Positions 8,845 through 18,239 of a stretch of 64,000 nt of DNA are shown here, piece after piece. The stretch comes from a virus (lineage: Duplodnaviria; Caudoviricetes): positions 23,201-87,200 of the IMG/VR virus record IMGVR_UViG_3300025875_000590. One strand, written 5' to 3'. Below the pieces are notes generated by a model that was not told the DNA's origin, did not search any database, and worked only from the letters and a program-made list of their open reading frames with translations. A program made the position numbers and the translations under genes. Every line of letters begins with the position of its first letter. Position 1 is the first letter of the stretch.

Positions 8845-9333
8845 TCAGCCGCCCAGGGGCCGGCCGGTGGGCAGCTGGCCGCTGCTCACCGGTGCCCAGG
8901 ACCGGCCGCCGTTGTACGCCTCCTCCCGCCGCTCGACCTCGCGGCGGACGGCGCGGGCCACGAACTCCGCCCAGGACCGCTCCCCCTCGGCGACGTGGCT
9001 GTTGAGGTAGGCGGCGCGGGCGCGGGCGAGCCCGGCCGGGGTGTCGTAGAAGGTGCTCTTCTCCCGGGCACCCGCCGAGGACGTCGCCACCGCGGGGGCC
9101 GCGGCGGTGACGGTGCCCGGCGCGATCGGGGACTCGACCAGCCCCCGGTCGACCGCGGCGTCGATGGCGCGCTGCTGCGGAGAGGCCACCGGTGCCGGCT
9201 CGGGCAGCCCGGCCGGGCGGGCGCCGAGCACGGGGTCGACCGCCGGGGCCTTCGGCAGCGGGGCCGAGCCGGTGAGCTCGGCGAGGGTGGCCGCGTCGGG
9301 GGCACCAGTGCGCCGCCGGGACGGTGGGGGCAT
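8845..9333 (-). CDS. parB: Centromere-binding protein, small actinobacterial ParB C-terminal type
   Basis: RAAYLNSHVAEGERSWAEFVARAVRREVERREEAYNGG after disordered N-terminus; coupled to parA. Confidence 0.7.
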   Translation of the reverse strand: MPPPSRRRTGAPDAATLAELTGSAPLPKAPAVDPVLGARPAGLPEPAPVASPQQRAIDAAVDRGLVESPIAPGTVTAAAPAVATSSAGAREKSTFYDTPAGLARARAAYLNSHVAEGERSWAEFVARAVRREVERREEAYNGGRSWAPVSSGQLPTGRPLGG

Positions 9334-10118
9334 CAGGACAGCTCCAGGGAGAGGTGGTGGGCCACGGACCGCAGTGCGGCCCGGACGTCGCCGGCGGCGG
9401 CGGTGCGGTACTCGGTGAGCGGAGCAGCAGCCGAAGCGGCCTGCTTCACCACCTCCCGCTCGGGGACCTGCTGCTCGAGCACCAGCTCGGCGTAGTCCTC
9501 GACCAGCGCGGCCAGCCACTCGTCGCCGTCCCGCCGGCCGGGCCGCCACCGGTTGACCACGATCCCCGCCAGCGCGAGGTCGGGGTTGTAGCTGCGGCGG
9601 ACGGTGGCCACGGTGCGGGTCATGAGCGCGAGCCCGGCGACGCTGTCGGCGCCGGGCTCGGTGACCAGCAGCGCCCGGTCGGCGGCGACGAGGGCGTTGA
9701 CGGTGAGCAGCCCGACCGAGGGCGGGCAGTCGATGAGCACGACGTCCCAGCCGCGGTCCTCCCCGTCGAGGGCGGTGCGCAGCCGCCGCTCCCACCCGAG
9801 GTCCCGCTCCATCTCCCGGGCCGACAGCCCGGCTTCGGAGGGCAGCACGCCGAGGGACTCCGGCCACAGCGCGCCGGCCTCGGTGACGGCGTGCGCGGCA
9901 CCGTTGGGCATGACGTCGCCGGTGGCGGGCTGCACGGCCAGCACGTCGGCCAGCGTCAGGTCCGGGGCGTGCACGCCGAGCCGGGCGGAGGCGTTGCCCT
10001 GCGGGTCGGCGTCGATGACGAGCACGCGGAACCCGGCTGCGGCGAGTTCGCCGGCGAGGTTGACGGTGACGGTGGTCTTGCCGACGCCGCCCTTCTGGTT
10101 GCAGACGGCGATGACCAT
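9333..10118 (-). CDS. parA: ParA partition ATPase
   Basis: NQKGGVGKTT deviant Walker A, IDADPQGN, IDCPPS. Confidence 0.95.
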   Translation of the reverse strand: MVIAVCNQKGGVGKTTVTVNLAGELAAAGFRVLVIDADPQGNASARLGVHAPDLTLADVLAVQPATGDVMPNGAAHAVTEAGALWPESLGVLPSEAGLSAREMERDLGWERRLRTALDGEDRGWDVVLIDCPPSVGLLTVNALVAADRALLVTEPGADSVAGLALMTRTVATVRRSYNPDLALAGIVVNRWRPGRRDGDEWLAALVEDYAELVLEQQVPEREVVKQAASAAAPLTEYRTAAAGDVRAALRSVAHHLSLELS

Positions 10119-10224
10119 CGCCCGGTCGCCGATCACCGACGACCCCGCCGTCGGTCGAGCCACACCAGCAGGAACGCGAAGTTCCCGCCGGCGACGACCA
10201 GGAGCACGTTCTCCAGCCACTCGC

Positions 10225-10623
10225 TCACGCTGCCGCCTCCTTCTTCACCCAGGGCAGGCGGACCGCGGTGTAGCCGCGCTCCTGGCTGGCCCCGCAGTAG
10301 CCGGGCTCGATGACCCCGGCGTCGGCGAGCGCCCCGAGCAGGGTCATGTACTTCGCGTGCGGGACCTCCAGGTCCAGGTAGAGGTGGAAGTGCCCGGGCG
10401 TGGACGAGGGCACAAGCTGGGCGGGGAAGTCCAGGTCGAGGACCGGCCGGTGCACGCGGGTGGGCAGGTCGCCGTAGCCCTCCCGGTCGACCATCGACGT
10501 CGTGACCTGCGCGGCGCCGACGTCCCGGGTGTCGGCCCGGCCGTCGTTGCCGTACTCGGGGCCGAGGTCGACCACGGTCTGCAGCACGTTGCCCGGCAGC
10601 GGGGCCTGCAGCTCGGCGCTCAT
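10225..10623 (-). CDS. Conserved-type phage protein with primase-polymerase-like motifs
   Basis: PVLDLD, SSTPGHFHLYLD, VRLPW. Confidence 0.6.
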   Translation of the reverse strand: MSAELQAPLPGNVLQTVVDLGPEYGNDGRADTRDVGAAQVTTSMVDREGYGDLPTRVHRPVLDLDFPAQLVPSSTPGHFHLYLDLEVPHAKYMTLLGALADAGVIEPGYCGASQERGYTAVRLPWVKKEAAA

Positions 10624-10886
10624 GCCGCAGCCACGGGCGAGGGCCAGACGACGCGCTCAGACCGCTCGATGACGACCGTGCTGGCCGCGGGGATCTCCGC
10701 GACCCGCTCCATCGGCCCGCTCATGTGGTCGTACCCCCCGACAGCAGGGGCCCCGGCGCGGAGCAGCGCGGCCCGCTTCTCCGCGGCCTTCTTCGACTGG
10801 TAGTGCCAGGCCCGGGTCTCGGTGGGCCGCCCCGGAGACGTCCAGGTGGCGGTGACGCGGAACAGGTACTTCGGCCGGTACCTCAC
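10620..10886 (-). CDS. Hypothetical protein
   Basis: Overlap-coupled on both sides. Confidence 0.55.
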   Translation of the reverse strand: MRYRPKYLFRVTATWTSPGRPTETRAWHYQSKKAAEKRAALLRAGAPAVGGYDHMSGPMERVAEIPAASTVVIERSERVVWPSPVAAA

Positions 10887-11368
10887 GGCTTCGGGACCTC
10901 GACCACGAGGTCGGCCAGGTCCGGCCAGGCGTTGACGCCGAGGGAGCCGGGCAGGTGGAGGACGACGGCGATCGGCGTCCAGCGGCGGATGACGAACAGG
11001 CCCTGCTCGGGCCACCGCTCGTCGGGGCGCACCTCGACGTCGGCTGACTCGTAGCTGACCTGCAGGCCACCGCGGTAGGTGGAGGCGGGGACGCGCTGGT
11101 CGTCGTAGACCTCGCCGAGCACCTCGAGGACGTTGCTGTGCGGGCGGCCGGAGCCGGGCAGCTCCAGCTCCTTGATCGTGTCCCAGGTGGAGATGACGCC
11201 GACGGGGTCGGCGCCGTAGTCGCCGAGGTCGGGCCGGATGCCGGCGTGCAGGGCGGTGAGGGGGATGGCCCGCTCGGGGAGCACGAGGCCCTCGCCGACG
11301 AGCAGGCGCCCGTCGGTGGTGGGCACGTCGGTGCGGCCGATGGGCCCGGAGATGGACAGGACTGACAC
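10883..11368 (-). CDS. Stand-alone prohead-protease-like protein
   Basis: DVPTTDGRLL...IPL resembles DTPTGDGRIF...LPLPL of the 46.4 kb protease; start-associated motif upstream. Confidence 0.55.
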   Translation of the reverse strand: MSVLSISGPIGRTDVPTTDGRLLVGEGLVLPERAIPLTALHAGIRPDLGDYGADPVGVISTWDTIKELELPGSGRPHSNVLEVLGEVYDDQRVPASTYRGGLQVSYESADVEVRPDERWPEQGLFVIRRWTPIAVVLHLPGSLGVNAWPDLADLVVEVPKP

Positions 11369-11375
11369 GAGGACA

Positions 11376-11388
11376 GCTCCTCAGCTGG
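11376..11388 (-). promoter_or_regulatory. Start-associated motif CCAGCTGAGGAGC
   Basis: Exact 13-mer; GTG start 8 nt after GAGGAG. Confidence 0.8.
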
Positions 11389-11395
11389 TAGGAGA

Positions 11396-11416
11396 AACGG
11401 CACCGTTGGTGCCGTT
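11396..11416 (-). terminator. Terminator of conjugation operon
   Basis: Perfect 9-bp stem AACGGCACC/GGTGCCGTT followed by TCT on the minus strand. Confidence 0.6.
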
Positions 11417-11423
11417 GACTACG

Positions 11424-11891
11424 TTAGCCCTGTTCGGTGGGGCGCGCTAGAGGGAACAGCCGCTCCGGGGGCGCCTCGACCGGGAGCGCGGCCAGCCGGG
11501 GCGAGTGCCCCCGTTCCTCGTTGCAGCCGTGGAACGGGCCGTTCGAGTCCAGCAGGACGGGCATGTGGACGTCGGCGTGGTCGCGGAACCACACGCTCAT
11601 GCCCAGCGCCGGCTCCAGGCGCAGGTGCTCCCACGACCGCCACAGCGCCTCCAGTCGCGCGATGGCCTCAGCGTGCTTCCACCACATCGGGCACCAGATG
11701 AGGGTGCCCAGCGGCCGGCGGTACATGGGCGCGAGCTGATCGGCGACGAACTCGGGCAGCGAGGGGTAGAAGGTCTGCGGCGGCGCCTCGGGCGGTGGGG
11801 GCGGGGCGGCCGGGCGGGGCTTGACGCTGGCGGCGACGTCGTCCATCCACGCGTCGTCCGGGGCGCCCCAGGCGTCGGGGAGCGCGGTCAC
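11424..11891 (-). CDS. DUF4913 family protein
   Basis: WCPMWWKHAEAIARLEALWRSWEHLRLEPALGMSVWFRDHAD...GPFHGC. Confidence 0.85.
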   Translation of the reverse strand: MTALPDAWGAPDDAWMDDVAASVKPRPAAPPPPPEAPPQTFYPSLPEFVADQLAPMYRRPLGTLIWCPMWWKHAEAIARLEALWRSWEHLRLEPALGMSVWFRDHADVHMPVLLDSNGPFHGCNEERGHSPRLAALPVEAPPERLFPLARPTEQG

Positions 11892-13660
11892 GCCGCGGCC
11901 CACACGTCGTCGGGGACGTCGGCGTCGGCGAGGGTGACCGCGGCGGCCGGGTCGTGCGCGGCGATCGACGCCCGGACGGCGTCCTGGTGCGGGCCGGCCA
12001 TCCAGGGCACCAGGCGCAGCAGCACGGGCCGGACGCCGGTGGTGAACAGCACCGCCCGGCCCTTCGGGATCGCGCCGAGGTCGGCGACGTCGAGGACCCG
12101 CTCGCGGTGCTCGGACCACGAGCGCGAGCGGGAGTCCTTGCCGGTGGAGCCGGAGCGGGTGACGTCGCGGAAGGTGCCGGTGAACTTCGACAGGCCCTCG
12201 AGGAACTCGTCCTCGGAGACGCCGGCGCCGACGACGCGCAGGTTGGCCGCCGACCACAGCTTCCGCATGCCCTCCCGGCCCCACACGTCCACGCCCTGGG
12301 ACCAGGACTGCAGGAACGTGATGACCGGCATGCCGCGGGAGCCGAGGTGGCTGTAGAGGTCGGGCAGCTGGTGCCACCTGCAGATGTTCGCGGCCTCGTC
12401 CAGGCAGAGCAGCAGCGGCACGCGCAGCCGCCCACCGGGGCAGGTCTTGGCCTCGGCCTCGGCTGCCTCGGTGACGGCGACGGTGAGCGCGGTGACCAGC
12501 GGCCCCGCCGAGGCGTCACCTTCCTTGGACAGCAGGTACAGCGTGTCGGTGGAGACGACGAACGCCGTCGGGTCGAACTGCGGCCGGGCCCCGGTCGGGT
12601 CAGTGATCCACCGCTCGGTGCGGGAGCTGATAAGGAAGCTCATCAGCTCCTGGGCGGTGCCGTAGATGCCGCCGCGCTGCTTGGGCTCCATGCGGATGAC
12701 CGCCTGCACGGCCTTCGCCGAGCGCACGAAGCCGGCGGCCTTCAGCAGCCGGGCGGGCTCGTCGTCCAGGGAGTCGGTGAGCCAGTCATAGACCTGGGTG
12801 ATCGGCCGCGGGTCCGGCTGGCCGGTCTCGGGGTCGACGCCGCGGGCGGCGGCCAGGCACAGGTTCCCGATGAGCGAGGGCCCGGCCTTGTCGAAGTAGG
12901 CGTCGGTGCGGGCGCCGGGGTCGCGGGCGGCGGAGACCAGCGTGCGGGCGAGCTTCAACCCGGACACCTCGTCGTGCACGGCGCCGAGCGGGTTCCACCA
13001 CCAGGTGGGCTCCTCGTCCGCGAGGCCCATGGGGTCGAACACCCAGATGCGGCCGGTGCGGGCACGCAGGTCGCGGGTGGCGTCGGTGGAGTCCCGCTTG
13101 TTGCTGGTGGCCAGCACGGGGCAGCCGGGGACGGAGAGGATGGCGGTGATCGCGGCCGAGGTGGTCTTGCCGCCGCGGGGGCCGATGATCCACACGGCGA
13201 CGGCCTCGAAGTCCTGCCACAGCGGCTGCCCGCCGGCGACGGCCCGCCCGACAGGGAAGCCGGGCACATCGATGCCCAGCCGCCGCGCGGTCCGGGTAGC
13301 CCCGGCGGTGGAGAGGTCGGTGAGGTCCTTCCCGCGGCCGAGGTGCCCGGCGGCCCGGTCGATGGTCTTACGCCCCCGCCGGGCACGGCGGGCGAGCAAC
13401 CCGACGAGCACGGCGAGGACGACGACCGGCAGCGTCAGCAGCGCGAGGGCAAGCCACCCGCGCTCGGGCCACGCCGCCTCCCCCGAGCGCAGCTGCAGCG
13501 CGAGGACGAGCGGATGCCAGGGCAGGCGGACACCGTCCCCGTCAAGGACGGCACCGAGGTGCGCGGTGCCGGTGAACACCCCGGCCACGCCGGCGACGCC
13601 GAGCAGCGCGGCCAGCCCGAGCAGCCCCTCACCGCGGGTCTGCCGGTCGGTGGCGCTCAC
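11888..13660 (-). CDS. Type IV coupling protein (TraG/TraD/VirD4 family)
   Basis: N-terminal TMs, GPRGGKTT, ATSNKRD, WWWNPL, LDEAANI, FLQSWSQG. Confidence 0.9.
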   Translation of the reverse strand: MSATDRQTRGEGLLGLAALLGVAGVAGVFTGTAHLGAVLDGDGVRLPWHPLVLALQLRSGEAAWPERGWLALALLTLPVVVLAVLVGLLARRARRGRKTIDRAAGHLGRGKDLTDLSTAGATRTARRLGIDVPGFPVGRAVAGGQPLWQDFEAVAVWIIGPRGGKTTSAAITAILSVPGCPVLATSNKRDSTDATRDLRARTGRIWVFDPMGLADEEPTWWWNPLGAVHDEVSGLKLARTLVSAARDPGARTDAYFDKAGPSLIGNLCLAAARGVDPETGQPDPRPITQVYDWLTDSLDDEPARLLKAAGFVRSAKAVQAVIRMEPKQRGGIYGTAQELMSFLISSRTERWITDPTGARPQFDPTAFVVSTDTLYLLSKEGDASAGPLVTALTVAVTEAAEAEAKTCPGGRLRVPLLLCLDEAANICRWHQLPDLYSHLGSRGMPVITFLQSWSQGVDVWGREGMRKLWSAANLRVVGAGVSEDEFLEGLSKFTGTFRDVTRSGSTGKDSRSRSWSEHRERVLDVADLGAIPKGRAVLFTTGVRPVLLRLVPWMAGPHQDAVRASIAAHDPAAAVTLADADVPDDVWAAA

Positions 13661-13836
13661 GACAGCCGCCCGATCGAGGCGAGATGCGCGCGGAGCGCGG
13701 TGAGCTGGTCCCGCTTGACCCGAAGCTGCCGGAAGACGTCGTCGGCCGCCGCCGACATCGCCTGGTGGGCGTAGGTGAGGCCCGCGATCTCGGCTTCCCG
13801 GTCGGCCAGGTGCTCGGCCAGTTCCGCGTCGGTCAT
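13657..13836 (-). CDS. Small coiled-coil protein
   Basis: 59 aa, overlap-coupled to T4CP. Confidence 0.5.
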   Translation of the reverse strand: MTDAELAEHLADREAEIAGLTYAHQAMSAAADDVFRQLRVKRDQLTALRAHLASIGRLS

Positions 13837-13844
13837 GCCACCGC

Positions 13845-15509
13845 TCACGCCGCCACGCCCTCGAGCGGGGGCAGGTCGGCGATCGACCCGATGCGGGACA
13901 CGTCGTGCCACAGCTTGCTGGTGTCGTTGAGCGCCAGGTCCTGCTCGATGCTGGTCAGCTGCAGGTGGAACGGGATGCCGGGCTTCGTCTTGACCTTGAT
14001 GAGGAAGTGCCCCTGCCCGGGCGGGGCGTCCTCCGCGCCCGTCTTGGGGTTCCACGCCGAGGGGTCGGTCCAGCCGATGAGCATGTCCCGCTCGGCGCGG
14101 GAGAACCGGGCGACGCCGCGGAGCAGCTCGAACTCGCTCTCCGGCAGCCCCGCGCAGATGACCATGCCGGCGCGGGCGACGAGGCCGCGGGCCTTCATCC
14201 GGTCGGACTCGGTGGGGAGGGCGAGCAGGTCCTCCATCGTGTGGCTGACCATCGCCACGCCGACGCCCTTGGACCGGTTGAGCCGGGACAGGGCGTTGAC
14301 CCGGTCGACCATGCCCTGCCCGGCCTGCAGCGCCCGCCACAGCTCGTCCATGATGACGAAGTAGTGGCGGCGCTTCTCCAGGCCGGCGTCGGCGAGGACG
14401 TTGGCGATGTTGACCGCGCCGAACCCGGCCGACCAGCAGGCGAGCAGGACGGCGGCCTGGTAGTCCATCTGCGCGTCATCGATGCGGGACACGTCGTAGA
14501 CGACGGAGCGGTCCAGCCGCATGCGGGTGGTGGTGTGCCGGGCGAAGGTGACCCCGAACCGGCCGTCGGGCTCGGACAGGGCGACGAGGGTCGCCTCGAT
14601 GGACTCGGTCTTCTCCCGGTATCGGGCGAGGTCGCCGCGGTCGATGGCCATGCGCCGCACCTCGGCCGGGGCGTCGCGGATGACGTCGAGCAGGTCGGCG
14701 ACGATCGGGACGTCGGCGCCGGGCGCCCACGGCACGCCGACGCGGCCGGCGGCGCGGGCGTCGGCCAGGCGGAGCGCGGCACCGAGGATGGCCTCCTCCC
14801 AGTCCAGCGGGGGCACCCCGCCGCGGAGGATGGTCATGAGCGCGGCGAGCACGGTGGTGCGCCGGGTGTGGGCCTCGGCGAGGATGACCGACCGGTGCCG
14901 GCGGAGCTCGGTGGCCCGCGCGGTGGCCCCGGCGCGGTCGGCGTCGGCGGCGTAGACCTCGAGCCGGTCGGCGGCGGCCCGCGCGTCGCCGGGGTCCAGG
15001 AAGTTGATGTGCCCGCCCTCGGGGCCGATCTCGATGACCTGCCCGCCGAGGGCGCGGGTGACGTCGACGTACTCGCCCTTCAGGTCCCCGAGGACGAGGC
15101 TGTTGGTGCCGTAGCCGTTGAGGCCGACGACCTGCCGGCGGACGATGGTGCTCTTCCCGAGCCCGGGCAGGCCGAGGATGAACTCGCTGGGGTTGGAGAG
15201 CAGCCGGGCGCGCTGGTACCAGGAGATGGGGTCGCAGCACACGCTGGTGCCGGCGGCGGAGGTGAGGTGGCGGCCCATGGGGACGCCGATCATGGGGGCG
15301 GCGGCACCGGCGGCGAACGGGTAGAGCCCGCACAGCTGGTTGCTGGTGGCCCGAAACCGGTCGATGGGGGCGATGACGAGCTGCGTGCCGCCGGCGGGGA
15401 CGTGCCAGCCGCGCCGCCCGGGGCCGCGCCGGTCGGCGCGGTTCGGGGGCGCGGTGGCCGGCTGCGCACCGGTGGTCTTGCGGTGCAGCAGAGCGCGGAG
15501 GCGGGTCAC
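13845..15509 (-). CDS. virB4: VirB4-like conjugation ATPase
   Basis: GLPGLGKST Walker A, DLKGEY, VIMDELW Walker B, RLNRSKG. Confidence 0.9.
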   Translation of the reverse strand: MTRLRALLHRKTTGAQPATAPPNRADRRGPGRRGWHVPAGGTQLVIAPIDRFRATSNQLCGLYPFAAGAAAPMIGVPMGRHLTSAAGTSVCCDPISWYQRARLLSNPSEFILGLPGLGKSTIVRRQVVGLNGYGTNSLVLGDLKGEYVDVTRALGGQVIEIGPEGGHINFLDPGDARAAADRLEVYAADADRAGATARATELRRHRSVILAEAHTRRTTVLAALMTILRGGVPPLDWEEAILGAALRLADARAAGRVGVPWAPGADVPIVADLLDVIRDAPAEVRRMAIDRGDLARYREKTESIEATLVALSEPDGRFGVTFARHTTTRMRLDRSVVYDVSRIDDAQMDYQAAVLLACWSAGFGAVNIANVLADAGLEKRRHYFVIMDELWRALQAGQGMVDRVNALSRLNRSKGVGVAMVSHTMEDLLALPTESDRMKARGLVARAGMVICAGLPESEFELLRGVARFSRAERDMLIGWTDPSAWNPKTGAEDAPPGQGHFLIKVKTKPGIPFHLQLTSIEQDLALNDTSKLWHDVSRIGSIADLPPLEGVAA

Positions 15510-17017
15510 AGGGACTCTCCCAGCTCGACGGGGATGATGCGGTGGCGGGCGGGCACGATGCCGAGCAGCCCGGCGTGGCCGATGAGGAACGCGGAGTCCT
15601 GGGAGCCTTCGAGGACGCGGCAGCGGAGCCGGGCGGCGCCGATGGCGTTGTCCATCGCGGCGACCATCTCGGGGTACCGGGCGGGGTCGGTGACGGTGGC
15701 GGTGATGACGAGCCCGAAGTTGAGCAGCCCGGAGCCCTTGGCGTTGGCCTTGGCGTTGGCCTTGGCGGCGGCGAGGTCGTTGAGCACGCGCTCGGTGGGG
15801 CGGCGCATGCTGCCGGCGCGGGTGGCCGCGTTGTTGACGTCGGCCTGCGCGAGGTCCGGTGCCCGGCCGGAGCTGATCGGCTCGTACACGATGGTGACGG
15901 CCTTGCGGTCGACCTCGGGGATCGGCTCGAGCAGCTGCATGAGGACGCTGGAGAACACCTCGCCCTGCGGGGGCAGGCTCATGCCGTAGGTGACCGACAC
16001 GTTCCGGCCGTGCCGCAGGTGGTCGAAGGCGGCGTCGGTGGCGACCGGGCCGACCTCGGACCACTCCAGGTCCACGGGCTCACCGGCGGCGTGCATGCGG
16101 TCGATGACGGCGCGCTGCAGCGGGTCGTAGGCGACCATCATGGCCTCGGCGAGCTCGTCGCTGGTGGCCGGCGCGACGGCACCGGCGCCGGTCCCGGACA
16201 GCCGCCGGTACAGGCCCGGGAGGCGGGCCCCGATCTTGGCGGCCATGTCCTCGGTGGACAGGCGCTTGCCGTTGCCGGTCGCGGTACCGCTGTAGGTGAG
16301 CGACATCCAGGACGTGGTCGACGCCGAGCCCGAGGGGTAGGTCTCGACGCACTCGCGGAGCATGGCCTGCGCGATCGGGTGGGAGCCGGGGTCGGTGGCG
16401 CCTTCGATTTCGGTGCGCAGCCGGGTGCCGGGATCCCGCTCAGTGACGATGGTGACCGCGGCGCCGACCAGGTTGGGCTCGTTGGTGAGGCCGCCGAGCA
16501 GGCCACCGTAGTGGGCGACCCACTGCTCGCGCTGCTCGTCGTCCACCAGCTCCCCGCCCTGGGGCTCGCTGGTGAGGCCGGCGGAGTAGGAGTGGTCGGC
16601 CGGGTGGTGGATGAGGGCGAAGTCCTTCCCGGCGCGGTCGGTCCAGGTGGAGACCTGCATGCCGGCGGCGAGGCCGGGAAGAGCGAAGCCGTGCCAGGGG
16701 ATGGAGCTGGTGGGCCCGGACCGGTAGAGGTGGGCGCCGCGGCTGCGCGCCCACCGGAAGGCGAGGCTCGTGAAGGCGCGCTGCAGGAGGGTGCGGTGGT
16801 GCTGGTCGCGGGCGGTGACCAACCACAGCACGAGCGCGAGCAGCAGCCCGCCGACGGCGGCCTCGAGGATGCCGACGAACTTCAGCAGGAACAGGATCAG
16901 CAGGGACCCGCCGAACAGGATGAGCAGGCCGACGACGCCGAGCTTGCCGACGCCGACGCTCACCGCCCGCCGCCAGTTGCCGAACATGGGCTGCTCGAGC
17001 GCGCTGTCACTTGCCAC
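15506..17017 (-). CDS. SCO6880 family conjugation membrane protein
   Basis: FGNWRR N-terminus, two TMs, DPGTRL; directly upstream of virB4. Confidence 0.8.
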   Translation of the reverse strand: MASDSALEQPMFGNWRRAVSVGVGKLGVVGLLILFGGSLLILFLLKFVGILEAAVGGLLLALVLWLVTARDQHHRTLLQRAFTSLAFRWARSRGAHLYRSGPTSSIPWHGFALPGLAAGMQVSTWTDRAGKDFALIHHPADHSYSAGLTSEPQGGELVDDEQREQWVAHYGGLLGGLTNEPNLVGAAVTIVTERDPGTRLRTEIEGATDPGSHPIAQAMLRECVETYPSGSASTTSWMSLTYSGTATGNGKRLSTEDMAAKIGARLPGLYRRLSGTGAGAVAPATSDELAEAMMVAYDPLQRAVIDRMHAAGEPVDLEWSEVGPVATDAAFDHLRHGRNVSVTYGMSLPPQGEVFSSVLMQLLEPIPEVDRKAVTIVYEPISSGRAPDLAQADVNNAATRAGSMRRPTERVLNDLAAAKANAKANAKGSGLLNFGLVITATVTDPARYPEMVAAMDNAIGAARLRCRVLEGSQDSAFLIGHAGLLGIVPARHRIIPVELGESL

Positions 17018-18239
17018 GGGTGTCTCCTGAGTCGTCGTCGGGGGTGACGGCGCCGGACGCCGCCTGGGACGCCGCGATCGCGGCCTGGATGCCGGCGGAG
17101 CGGGCGGGGCTCATGTACTTGGTGCCGCCGGGCCCGGGCGGGGGTGCGCCGCCGCCGGGACGGCGGGAACCGCCGGTGGTGGGGCCAGACCCCGAGGGGC
17201 CGCCGCCGCGCCGGCCACCGCCACCGCCGGACGTCGAGCCACCGCCACCGCCGCTCGAGGCGCCACCGGCGGCAGCAGCTCCGGCTGCGGGGGTGCGCAT
17301 GATGGCCGCGCCGGCGGGACCGGCGACCGCGGCGGCGGCAATCGCACCGCCCCCGCCCCCGCCGCTGCCGCCGACCATGGCGCCGACGGGGGCGAGCAGC
17401 TTCATCAGGGCGGGCAGCGCGAGGATGGCCAGGGTGACCACGGCGAAACCGCTGATGGCCTGCCCGACCGGGTCGCCGGAGGCGGGGGCCCCCTCAAGGG
17501 TGATGAACCCGAACGCGTAGATGGTGGCCGCGGTCGGCATGTAGAGCAGGTAGGCCAGCAGCCACGAGGTGTGCCGGGCGAACGCGGCCCGCCCGACCTC
17601 GGTGCGGGTGGCTGCGGCGGCGGCCGACGTCGCCCAGGAGCCGGCCAGCAGGGGCAGCACCGCGGACCGGACGACCATGAGGCCCATCTGCCCGAGGCTG
17701 GACAGCAGCGCGAGCACGGCGAGGATCACCAGCAGCGGCCACGCCTGGTCGAGGTCGTCCAGGGCGAACAGCTCGCCGAGGGACTCCCCGAAGTTGTCCG
17801 TGGCCCGCTCGATGATCCAGAACGCGAGGGCGGTGGAGAACGCGAGCATCAGCGCGATGAACGCCAGCCCGGCGCCGCTGATGAGGATCAGCTGCAGCAG
17901 CCCGGCGAGCAGGTCGCGGCCGGCCTGCATGCGCTGGGTCCAGGCGATGCGCCCGGCGCCGATGAGGACGGCGAGCACGGCGATGGCCATGGTCAGCCAC
18001 GACAGGGACCCGGTCAGGAAGCTGATGGTGGGCGCGGGCTGGAAGCCGCCGGTCTCGTAGAAGTCCCCGACCCGGGGCGGGGGCGAGTTCATCCAAAACG
18101 TGGACAGGGAGACGATCGCGTCGCCGGCGGCCTCGATGAAGTCCGTGGCCAGGCCCTGCAGCCCCTCCTCGGCTGCCTGCCCGGCCTTGCACACGAAGTC
18201 GACTACGCCGCAGTCCTTCGGCGGCTCCTCCGGGTCCAT
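17007..18239 (-). CDS. VirB6/TrbL-like polytopic conjugation protein
   Basis: About six TMs, Gly/Pro-rich C-terminal tail, position in operon. Confidence 0.75.
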   Translation of the reverse strand: MDPEEPPKDCGVVDFVCKAGQAAEEGLQGLATDFIEAAGDAIVSLSTFWMNSPPPRVGDFYETGGFQPAPTISFLTGSLSWLTMAIAVLAVLIGAGRIAWTQRMQAGRDLLAGLLQLILISGAGLAFIALMLAFSTALAFWIIERATDNFGESLGELFALDDLDQAWPLLVILAVLALLSSLGQMGLMVVRSAVLPLLAGSWATSAAAAATRTEVGRAAFARHTSWLLAYLLYMPTAATIYAFGFITLEGAPASGDPVGQAISGFAVVTLAILALPALMKLLAPVGAMVGGSGGGGGGAIAAAAVAGPAGAAIMRTPAAGAAAAGGASSGGGGGSTSGGGGGRRGGGPSGSGPTTGGSRRPGGGAPPPGPGGTKYMSPARSAGIQAAIAASQAASGAVTPDDDSGDTRGK

